From NCBI RefSeq assembly GCF_001194135.2, contig NC_068989.1, positions 26,565,646 to 26,629,645 of the forward strand: DNA of 64,000 bases. Reading direction: 5' to 3'. A program made the translations under genes and the position numbers. The notes under the pieces are model-generated. The model worked only from the letters and a program-made list of their open reading frames with translations. It searched no databases and was not told the origin of the DNA. Of this stretch, positions 1 to 11,130 are shown in pieces (within the stretch, counting starts at the first letter, position 1; each line of letters opens with the position of its first letter). The DNA comes from Octopus bimaculoides (taxonomy: Eukaryota).

Positions 1-309
1 GTTGCGTGTGAGCACTTTCGTCTTTCAATTAGTTTAAAGACACGCATTCCACACTTCTGTATACTGTTGTAGCTTTCTTTTTGTAATAGTGTTAACTATT
101 TCCAGTTTAAATCCAGATTCAGAATTCAAATACAGTATTTTTCTTTTGTCCTTCGTAGCGGATCATTTTCATTTTACATTTTGTTTAAGCTGTTGACTAT
201 TTTCAAAGATGAATAATTCCAGTTTAGTTTCAGATTTAGATTTTTTTTATAATTTATTCTTTTTTTGCCTTTTGTATTACTTGTATTATTTCACATTTCG
301 ACTTATATT

Positions 310-600
310 ATTTCTTTACTTGCTGTGAATTTCGCCTTTGCTTGAAGTTTCTTGAGATTTGGTGGTTGGCTTTGCTGTTGATGATCTGTGATGGTTTCAA
401 TTATTTGTCGAAGGTTTGATGATTGATGTAGAATCGGGAAGTGTCGTCATGGTAAATGGAGGATATAGTGATTCCTAGCATTATGAGTAACTACAAATGG
501 AATGTTTATATTTGTATATTTGATTTCATCTTTAGCATAATTATTTGGCCGTAATACATTGATCAGGAGTTCGTTTTGCTATGCTTATGGCATCATTTAT
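310..600 (-). mobile_element. Penelope-like element relic (RT thumb/linker region)
   Basis: Hand translation of the minus strand gives NIPFVVTHNARNHYILHLP*RHFPILHQSSNLRQIIETITDHQQQSQPPNLKKLQAKAKF, matching the PLE linker pattern P-F-V-x-T-H/Y-N ... QPPNLKKLL; one in-frame stop. Confidence 0.6.
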
Positions 601-674
601 TAACATTTCTAAGAATTATTGCTTTTGAACAAACATAATTAGTTTTATCGCTCGTTGTCTAGTCTATTGGTATT

Positions 675-880
675 CTTCTACTTGTCTCCGTCATTTGACC
701 GTGGCCATGCTAGGGCGCCGCCTTAAAGGATTTTTAGTCGAACACACCGACCTCAGGGCTTAGTTTTGTGAGGCCTGGTAATTATTCTATCGGATCGTTA
801 TTGTCAAACAGCTATGTTACGGGGGCGCAAGCACACCCACACCGGTTATCAAGCAGTGGTGGGGAGATACAGACAGAGAC
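675..880 (-). mobile_element. 3' half of tRNA-derived SINE family 1 (internal-microsatellite SINE)
   Basis: Reverse complement resembles the 3' halves at 33700-33895 and 61170-61375 (shared ggcggtgc(t/a)ccagcatg, ttcggcaaaa, gatagaataa motifs). Confidence 0.8.
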
Positions 881-1273
881 AAATATACACATGGATATAT
901 ACATACATTAGACGCGCGCACACACACACACACATATAATAAGTATATACCTTAACTTATTAAACAAATTTCAACAAATTCATTCATAGAATGGATTATA
1001 GCTTTAATTTTCATATTCCTATACAATTGTTTCATACAAATCAAGCCAGATATTCATAAATAGAACATCGTAATAGTCAAAGTTGTACTCCTCAGTAGGT
1101 AATATTTAAAGGAAAAGCAAAAATAACAAGACGTTTAAAGTCCTGTGTTTAAAGTCCTCTGTCAAAGTGTATACTTATGCAGATCTGTAAGGTATGTGTT
1201 TATAAATATGTGCATGCCTATATATGTATGTATCCATGCGTACGTATGGATGTTTGTGTTTATGAAAGTATGT

Positions 1274-1305
<32 letters not shown>

Positions 1306-2708
1306 GTATATATATATNNNNNNNNNNNNNNNNNNNNNNNNNNNNNNNNNNNNNNNNNNNNNNNNNNNNNNNNNNNNNNNNNNNNNNNNNNNNNNNNNTA
1401 TATGTATATGCATATAGGTGTGTGTATGTGTCTAATGAGTATGTGTATATATATGCATATACGGATGTGTATGTAGGGATGTACAGACGTGTATGGATTA
1501 TGTGTGTATATAAATATATGTATATATGTGTGTGTGTGTGTGTATGTGTGTGTATTTCGGTGTTTGCGTATATATAGACATTTGTATATGTATTCCTATT
1601 TTTATAGTAGTGTGTACGTGTATTTACTTATACATATGCAAATGAATGTACGTCTGTGTAAGCATAATTATACTATGTGCGAATATCCACATATATCAAT
1701 TGTTGTCTCCCCTACATTACTAAAATCTTCCTGCCATTTTTTTTTCATTTCCTCTATATGAAAATATAAACAGCTATAAAAATAAAATTACTTTCGATAT
1801 ACACCAACACAAAATCTTTCCTTGTATATTAAATAACTCAATATCGAATTATACATTCTTCTTCTTATTTATTTGACTATCACGTAAGTAGTTCCCTTTT
1901 ATACATCTTTACTCGTATTATATGTATTTCATAAAGTTCTTATAAATATAATAAGCAGTGGTTAGATTATTACTTACGACGTATAACACCATTTGTTGTC
2001 CATGAATTATTGACCGATTATTTATAAAATTATTTAAATAAAAAAAAATTATGATCTATCAATTATTCCCATATCCCAATAGCAACTAACTATTTACTAA
2101 CAATCGAAAGGAGAGTTGACGGTTAAGAAATATTAAATATGAATTTGAAATAACATATAGCGCCTTATTTGGTAATTGCAAACGTACATACAAATACAGC
2201 TTGACAAGTAAAAAAATTTAAGGTGGTTCAAATAGATATATATATATATATATATTGGATTTCAAAGAGAAGAAATCAAATTTAATATTAGATATATTAG
2301 CACTCACGTCCTATTATTTTTCTTAGTCTAGATTCAAATAAACGTAACTGGAAGAACGAATATATAAATCCCATAAAAACCTATGTTACCTACTGAGGAG
2401 TACTAGTTTGACTATGACGATGTTATATTTATGAATATCTTGGCCCATTTGTATGAGACAATTGTATAGGAATATGAAATATAAGACCATAATCCACCTT
2501 AATATCCAATGTCTTTCATTCTATAAATATGAATGAGTTTGTTGAACTTCGTTTTATAAGTTCAGTCATATGCATAATATTTCTATACAAGATTTCATAC
2601 ATCTGAGACATTTTAAAAAATACATTCGAAAGTAATGTATGAAGAAATGACATTAGACATCTAAGGAAAAAAATTCCAATTAAAAGACGAACATACATTC
2701 ATCCGATA

Positions 2709-2723
<15 letters not shown>

Positions 2724-2794
<71 letters not shown>
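2724..2794. repeat. (TG)n microsatellite (one of dozens of (TG)n/(TA)n tracts)
   Basis: Directly visible dinucleotide run. Confidence 0.95.
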
Positions 2795-2796
<2 letters not shown>

Positions 2797-2944
2797 CAGT
2801 TTAGATACACAACCAAAGAGCTACTAATAGTTTCATGTTATCATGATATTTAAGGAAGCATATTTATATAATAAGACATGTATCTTAAAGTAAACCTTCA
2901 GGCCCTGTTTATGCGTTGTATATATTACAAAAAACAAATAATAA

Positions 2945-3300
2945 TAAGGACGCTGGAAATTAAGAAAAACGTGGAAAATATGTTAAGGTTGGTGAAAATA
3001 ATAGAACGAGAAGAAAGAAACGTAATCAAGAAAATAAAGGTCCTCGTCCTCCCTGATTGCAGAACGCTCATTAAATACAACTGGTATTGCAAAGTCTGCT
3101 GTCTTGCAAATCAGTCCGGAGCGAGTGGTGCCCACCAATTCAATAGAAAAAACCTGTCCATGTGTCTACAACTGCTAAAAGTTTCAGATCTCGAATTAAA
3201 CAGTGTATTAGAATTGCTAGATCCTAAGAAGAGTATGAGACCTTTCTGTTACGCATAAGCTGCATTTCTTAAATGCATTAACATCTACTATTCTCCCCTT
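2945..3300 (+). repeat. Unclassified dispersed repeat, copy 1 (paralog at 58565-58960, minus strand)
   Basis: Shares cagtccggagxgxgtggtgcccaccaatt, gtttcxgatctxgaattaaxcagtgt and ctttctgxtaxgcataag with the reverse complement of 58565-58960. Confidence 0.75.
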
Positions 3301-3392
3301 AATTATATGCGGTGTGGAGCTGCTCTTTAAATTCCATACGTATCTAGCTACCCGAATTGATTTCTTTTTATTGAAATACTGCAAATAAGAGA

Positions 3393-3436
3393 GGTGAATT
3401 CAAGAGACGCTATATATAGCGTCTCTTGAATTCACC
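3393..3436. repeat. Perfect 44-bp palindrome with no spacer
   Basis: ggtgaattcaagagacgctata|tatagcgtctcttgaattcacc; the arms are exact reverse complements. Confidence 0.97.
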
Positions 3437-3574
3437 CTCACACAATCTAATGTAATTCTTCTTTTCAATTGATTTGTCTTGAAGCGTAGCTGTAACTTCA
3501 GCCTCGTTTATGAAGGAGTTTATCATACACGTATGGAATTTGACTGATTACTTCAACGCTTGTTCGGACTGTCC

Positions 3575-3708
3575 ATTTATATTCCTTTCTGGAATATAGT
3601 TTAGGAATTCCATGTCATTTCTGATAAAACTAGTATGCAAATTTGCACAAAGAATTGAAAATTATGTTAAATAAGTTATTTTTAAAAATTGCACTTATAG
3701 GACCACGG
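3575..3708 (-). mobile_element. PLE reverse transcriptase fragment (upstream of motif A)
   Basis: Minus strand reads RGPISAIFKNNLFNIIFNSLCK / TSFIRNDMEFLNYIPE (one frameshift), like the PLE RT pattern GP ... F-I-R-D-D-M-E-F-L. Confidence 0.55.
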
Positions 3709-3780
3709 TTAGTACTGGAAACCACTATTTCTTTTTTGACAACCAACATTATCTACAAATACAAAGCACATCAATGGGAA
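3709..3780 (+). mobile_element. PLE reverse transcriptase fragment (motif B)
   Basis: LVLE / NHYFFFDNQHYLQIQSTSMG matches the PLE RT pattern L..NYF.F...Y.Q..GT.MG. Confidence 0.65.
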
Positions 3781-5553
3781 TGTATGTGCGTGGCATCATT
3801 TGTGTAATTTCACCAGATTTTGGCGCCAAAATTGTTCGATGGACTTGTGAAATTGATAAACATATTTTATAAATTCATACGCATTTTATTTTTTAGAAGT
3901 TCCGATACATAGATTTCTTGTGTCACATAGATATATGCCTTGCAAATATATATGGATATATGCTATGTAAATATATCTGTGTCGTTAGTAGATGCAGTAT
4001 GAGTTTCAATGTGTATATATTTCTCATGTAAATGTTACATATAATCGATATGCAAGACGTACCGAGATGGATAGAAGAGAGACTGGTTGAGGGATATTGA
4101 TTGAAATTTTTCTGACTTTTTTCCTTAACATTTTGAATATTAACGAAAAAACCTAACCCTTGTCATGATATCATTTTTGTTATACTGAAGACTTTGATGA
4201 CACATGTTGTGCTGGGAATGTATATTCATATCGAATATTCAATCATATTTTAGATTATAGTCACTAATACTGGGATATAAAAATCATTCATTGATATATG
4301 GTATCTAATACATTTAGCATCCCTTACAAAAGATTAATGTCCGGAAAAGTAATTCTTCAGAATTCTACATATAGACTAAAATATGTTAAAAGCTAGCTTA
4401 TAGTTTCGTTCATATATGCACGTGTTCGTGCGCACGCGCACGTCAGTGAGTGTGCGCCTGTGCTTGTGCGTGGTATATAAGTGGAGCGAGAGGTTTTCAA
4501 CTTATACTCATGTTAGCTGTATTTCTTATGCTCTTCAATATTCGTTAATGGAGGTTGAATACTGTTTAAGGAATTTCATTTACTGTAAACTCGGAAGATT
4601 AGCTGAATATACTGATTTCGTTTGAAATAGATTGCTCATTTAAACTCGAATCCATAAGGTATGTATCGTAGAATATTTGAAATTCTACTCTCCTGCAAAT
4701 CTGCAAGTCAATACTTTTAATGCATTTCCTATATTTTCCTACCTGTATTCACATTCATAGCCACAAAATAATTTAATGATGAGAATTGTTTTCCTGTGTA
4801 ACATTTCTTATTTTCAACTATGTTGAATATTTAGAATGTATGATATTCCATTAACTTCCATCGCATTAAGAATATCTGCAATGAAAATGAATGAGCTGTG
4901 CGACCTAGTGTCATCTTGATAGGTTTGACTCAAGGAAATATTGCTTCAGTAATTTCTCCCAAAACAGACGAAGGTGAAATATAGAATCATGCTCGCTGCT
5001 TCGCTATGTAGAATCCATCGCTAAAGGCGAATATGTTTTACCACCAGTCGTCTCATATATCACCAAACTTCCGTTAGGGTATCAATATAAATTTTCTATT
5101 AAAACAAAACAGCTGTTCTGCTTTTACATTTGGTTATTGCGTAAAACCAAAAATTCTAGCATGTAATTACTTTGTGACTGGCATTGTAGATTATTCCACC
5201 GCAGTTTTGGCAACAGTCATAAGCTAACAGTAAAGCAAGAACGTTATTCTGTTTCTAATTGTCAGATGGAGACATCATTAATCATCCATTGACTAATTTT
5301 TAAAACAAGTAAGAATATTAGAATGATCATATGAATTACTCTGATACACGAAACCTTACATACAATTATAACTGTAGCCTAATAATAAGATAAATTTGTT
5401 TCTTCGTATGATTTGGCGGGGTTGTGGTTTCAGGTGAGTGACTTGAGAGTGAGTTATCTTCTATAGTGTAATGTTTACTTCGGTTGAAATTATTTGGAAA
5501 GGAGCTTCTGACCGATTATATTTTGGTCAGCCTGTGATTTTTATCGGAACGTA

Positions 5554-5803
5554 AAGTGTGTTATTTATTTTTATTTAAAAGAGATTTATTCATTGTATTA
5601 AAAGACGTTTGCATTTCGTAATGCACTTTATATAGTAGGGCCCTTAGTAATTTTTTCGCAGTAAATTTTGAATTTGTTTCCTTCAAGATTAAACGTATTA
5701 AAGACCTGATTAGATATTTGTTTAATTGAAAAAATCATGACACCGACAACATAAAATAACAAAACAAGTTACAAATAGCCACAACGCAACCCCCAACAAA
5801 TTA
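5554..5803 (+). repeat. Diverged direct repeat (partner at 6792-7010)
   Basis: Shared blocks atttattcattgxxttaaaag, taatgcactxxatatagtagggcxcttag, tgacaccgaca, caagttacaaa, acgcaaccxccaacaaatt. Confidence 0.75.
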
Positions 5804-6714
5804 ATATGAAAGAATATGCTAACATACACTCTAGACTAAAGAACTATAGGTATTTAAAAATGAAAGCAATTTGTTTAATTTATAAACAATGTCATACTGC
5901 AAAAAACAAAAATGGCAGGTAGAGCAATCACATTAGAACTAAACATACTAAAATGAATTTTTAAAATATTGAAAGGCCCAAATTTATGAATAAAGTTTTA
6001 AAAAATAAAAGTATTTAAAAGCACCAAAATATTCTGAGGAAAATAAAACCTTTTTAGACTATAATTAATTTCACTTAAGAATATAGTAATGCTTTTCACT
6101 GCTGGAAAGAATAAATAAAAGTAAAGATAATATAAAAAATATAAAGATCGAAATTTTGATAAAGGAAACAGGAACCAATAATGGTAGAAAGTGATAATTT
6201 AACAAGTTCTTGAGCAGGCTTATTAGTAAGTGAACACTGAACATAAAATGTTCACAACCAAATTATCCTTATAGAGATAATCGAGATATTGATTGATCCA
6301 AATTGCAATTTTGGTAAAATTGACAAGTGTATAGGAGAGAGATAATATTAAGTCTAAATACATGAATAGTAAAATATTAAACGATAGCAAGTAATATTGT
6401 GAATAGTAATAAAGTGAATAGAATGACAAAGTTTTAAGAAGCATAATTTACAAAATTATCATCACAATGAACTTGCATAGCATAAAAGTAATCCAGTTGT
6501 TTTTAAAGTCCAGATCAGCCCTGCTTTAAGAAACGTATGATCAAAGACGTTTCAACTGTGACAGTACATTTGTTTTTTCTTTGAACTGACATTCCAGTGT
6601 CCCTTAGACTAAATATCTCAATGCGTATTCGGTTTCAGTTAGTGTTCAATACGGCAATTACCGCTAATATTACCATTGATAAATTGAAGAACTCAGTTCA
6701 AGTGTACAGCTTCC

Positions 6715-7010
6715 TTTAATACATTATAACTAAAAGGGTCCGGTTCCTAGCACACCGATCTGGCAATCCGACCTTGCTTTTCTCGGGAAAATAAGTGTTA
6801 TTTGTTTTAAAATATTTATTCATTGAGTTAAAAGAAGTTTGTATTCCTAATGCACTGCATATAGTAGGGCACTTAGAATTTTTTTCTGCAGTACATTTTG
6901 ATTAGATACTTATTTCTTGGTGAGTGTTTGGATTGGAAAAGTCGTGACACCGACATCGTAAAATAAAAAGCAAGTTACAAACAACCATACACGCAACCTC
7001 CAACAAATTC
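6715..7010 (+). repeat. Composite repeat: 5' part shared with 7917-8008, 3' part shared with 5554-5803
   Basis: tttaatacattata...gtccgxttccxagcacaccga...ccgatctggcaat is present at both 6715 and 7917. Confidence 0.7.
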
Positions 7011-9175
7011 ATAGACGGTAAGTAATCCAGATTTAGAAAAGTAATAGCCAACCAACAGATGCTGCAAGGTATTCGACATAGAGAACAAATCTCAATACCT
7101 CCTCCATTACATATCAATAACCAACCGTATCGAGTTGTGACACATCTCATTCATTAATTTATACACACTAGATTTAAATGCAAGTTACTATTAGTTCCAT
7201 GCCACTGAAAATACAATGGACGAACAAGTTTGTATAGTGTGCTGTGTATTTTTAGTGTGCTGTGTATTTTTTCGAAAGAACGAGAATGAACGAGTGGAAA
7301 AAAAGGAAAAGAAAAAGACGCAGAAGAACAATCAAAAGTTGCGACCCTTTGGCTCGTTAGCGCTGTAATTAATATGGTTGGTATATTAAACTCAACCGAG
7401 ATAGGTTAGAGTTTGTGAAACTGCATGCAGAGTAGTGTTGTTTATCAATTCAATTGTAGAAACTTATTCAGATGTTTACGTGTAGCGAACATTTATGATC
7501 TATATTTTAGTTCGTCATTAGAGGTTTTATATCTAAAGAGGATATGAGATTATTCGGCACTAAAATGCTCACATCTTTGATCTATAAAACTGAATATTTC
7601 CTGAAGATACCCGGCCTGATCCACAGGCTTTGTTTGACCATTGTATTTTCAGAAGTATGAAACTAATAGGAGCTCGGATTTAAATCCTCTGAATATTAAC
7701 TGATATTCATTGAGCGGAATATGTATGTGTGATTGTGTGTGTGAGTGTGTGTGTGTGTGTGAGTGTGTGTGTGTGTGTGTATGTGTGTGTGTGTGTGTGT
7801 CTGTGTCTGTGTGTGTGTGTCTGTGTGTGTGTGTCTGTGTGTGTGTGTTTATGCAAATTTCTGTTTATTCACCAAATGCAATAAATTGAAGGACTCAGTA
7901 CAAGTATAGTGCTTGCTTTAATACATTATATGTACAAAAGTCCGTTTCCCAGCACACCGAGGTAGTAGTTTCCGATCTGGCAATTTGACTTTGTTTTTCT
8001 TGAGAAATATTCACTATTGAAGCAAGTTTTGAAATACGAAATGGAATTTTAAATAGAACGCTTATCTTTATGCTCTTTTGGTTAAAATAAACCCTTGCGA
8101 GTGACATGAGCAAAATATATAAAAAAAAAAATCGCTGCTTCAAGATCACGTTTTTGATTAATGGTTGTCGTGGAAATATTCTAAACGTCTTAAACTTCAT
8201 CCGAACAAAGTCACTTTAATAGCTTTCCTCATGTAATTTCGTTGTTGCGTAATTCGTGCTTTCAGGTATACTCCGCTTTTTAGAACATTAATTAAAATTA
8301 TTAATTAAAAAGCAAAGTATATATGCGCATGTGCATTTTGTGTACGCATGTTTAGAGGTATATATAAATGTATATGCTCACTTCTATGCACCTATATCAA
8401 CGCAATTATATACGTATTCATGCATATAATCTCAGGCATTTGCATATAAGTATACATACACACGGACATACATATTACGCATTTCTTAATTAAATATATT
8501 AACTAATCAATGTGAAAAGAGCGTTTTATCCGAAGCAGAGCGAAATTCAAGGAGGGTGGAATTTACATAAATTATACTTACCTCTGTACATATATGGGGC
8601 TAAAAAATACCTTCCTTTTATTCTAGTTGATACTACTATGAATCAAAATACTAAAGTTTTCGCTCAAAGCAAGGGTCCACTCCATTTTAAATTTGAAGCT
8701 TCTTTTTCTGTGTGTTTACTCCTTATCTGTAGTAAAGTAGGAAATTTTGAATTCTTGTCTCACGCAAGGGCCATATAAATTTCAATAAAGCTATAGCATA
8801 TTTTTTTCAGGGCTGAGAAATGAAACTTTATGCTCATAAAAACGGATTTTGAAAGTTGATTTAGTTTCCCCAGTATATATTTTAGAATCATCCCTGCTGT
8901 GTGTCTCTTATTTGGTGCTATATACAATAGAAATTTCTATACGGTTACAATCTAGTCGGCATTCCTCACGAATTTGGAAATTACCTAAAATTTGGTGAAC
9001 ATTTGCCTCAACCATTCACCTTTACCATATTATAAAGTCTTGTTTAACATCCCAAATTAGCACAAGGTTAAAAACTATCTTTAACACACATCTTACACTT
9101 ATGCGCTTGTGCAAAATTGTAATGGAATAAGCTAAAGATTTTCCTTGCTATATTAGCGGGATTGCTGATTATATA

Positions 9176-9176
9176 T

Positions 9177-9253
<77 letters not shown>
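9176..9253. repeat. (ATAG)n tetranucleotide microsatellite
   Basis: Directly visible run. Confidence 0.95.
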
Positions 9254-9254
<1 letters not shown>

Positions 9255-9259
9255 GTACA

Positions 9260-9530
9260 GTGAAGTTGCATGGCCTAGTCTTGCATTTACGCTCGCAAGA
9301 CTGAGTTTCATTTCCTAGACCGGGTGACGAGTTGTATTCTTGAGCAAAACGCTTCATCTCACGCTGCTTTATCTCACATCGACACCTGGGTGTGGTATAC
9401 CGTGCAACTGTTCAGGTAATGTCAATTTTGATGGAGTGGGTAAGCTAATATACGGCACATACATTTGATCACTAGAAACAAATCATTTGTGCTGGTCGCT
9501 CTGCAAGAGCTGAACGCCCATACTTCTTCG
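9260..9530 (+). mobile_element. tRNA-derived SINE family 3 (decayed)
   Basis: Degenerate A-box tggcctagt, B-box-like gagtttcatttcc, and a central gttgtattcttgagcaaaacgcttcatctcac block typical of SINE cores. Confidence 0.6.
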
Positions 9531-11130
9531 ACAAACACATACACATATATCTACATAAGTATCTATATCAACAACGGGATAGAAATAAATATATTAATGA
9601 TAGCACTCATTAGTATTTTAAATATATTACATGAATAAAGAACATGAATAGTGTACACTATTGCGAAGATATTTGTTCAATAAATAGATTTTTACAGATA
9701 GCATTTACCTAGTAATAGTTTGGATTTAGGAAAACGATTATTTTACATTTAAGACTTCATAGAATAGCTGAAAAAAGTTACATATGTACGGCATTACTGA
9801 CGTTAATGCATATTTTCCTATCTGGCTACTAATTTATTCATCGGGTTCACGTTTAAAAGTGTTGCTCGAAGAAACAGAAACGTGTCATATGTTGGTCTTT
9901 GGAACAGAAAGTTTTCAATTCACTCAATTAACTTTTCTAAAATAAGAGGATTAAATTTTGAATTTACCCACACTACATGACTGACAATATAATCAGGTAA
10001 ATATTGAAAGCTGCATGGAACTGATCAAAAAGTTGATTTGAATATATTCAAGTAAACATGTCACAAACAATTTAATGTATCAAGAATGAGTAAACGATTA
10101 TCAATCAAATTGAATTTATATGAAAACAAGTATAAATTAAACATGGAAATTTAAAATTTAAAGTATCATTTTGTAGATAATGTTTACGTAGTATCACAGA
10201 CACACACACACACTCACACATACAGACACTCTCACACACAAAAACACAAGCACACACATAGACACACACACACAAACACATGCACACACGCACACTCTGT
10301 GTTTGTCATATTTTAAGTGCCTTTGGGCGTCACTGTTGATGCATGTAAAGTTTATATTGCTGTTATTTTGTGGCTTAATTCTAAAACATTACAGATGTAA
10401 GATAAAAGTTTTATAAAAGACCATAAACCGATAAAACCGACAACCAAAAACTTCAAATTACATATACTCACACACATACATACACACACATACACACACA
10501 CACACATATACACACAGATACACATACACATGCACACGGACGGACACACGTATCAATATATATATATATCGTAAATCTGTCAGATATGATTTTTATAAAA
10601 CACATTGTAGTAACTGTGCTCCGTCGCCTTCTGTCGTCATATATTTTGCCGAATAATCAAACTTCATCGATGATATAAATACGGTAAAGTTTAACAAATT
10701 TAACAGAGGAGTGTACTTGAAAAACACCGAGTAAGGAAAAATGTCCCAGCAAATACCCGAAAAATGTTTGTTGCATATCTTCAGAAAAAGAAGATAATTT
10801 TAACGATATCGATTTCGACAAAAGTTTATGTAGTGAAGAAAATACTGAAAAAACCTTCAAAAGGTGATACAAATATGCAGTGTGGCATACATATAGATTA
10901 AAACATGCTCTTAAGATATGCATGATTGCGAAGATGAAATCGAAAATGGTGCCGAAAATCTAAGATGGAGTTCAACATTAAAACTTAATATTCGCATTGA
11001 ACAGGAAATAGGTTTTATTATAATAAACTTTATTATGGAATATTTTACACAAATAACCTTATATTTACCTGTTGAAAGATTTTTCTTCTAACTTCTTCAC
11101 TAATTCAGGTTATACGGGTTTCATCATGAA

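Noticed and set aside
3399-3407. TTCAAGAGA, the common shRNA loop, inside the palindrome
   Set aside because: It lies in the arm rather than the loop and there is no vector or promoter context, so it is most likely coincidence.
6543-6575. Minus-strand ACUG-UCA-CAGU U GAAAC GUC resembling the 3' half of a hammerhead
   Set aside because: The core would be CAAAUGU (3 mismatches to CUGANGA) and there is no PLE or module context.
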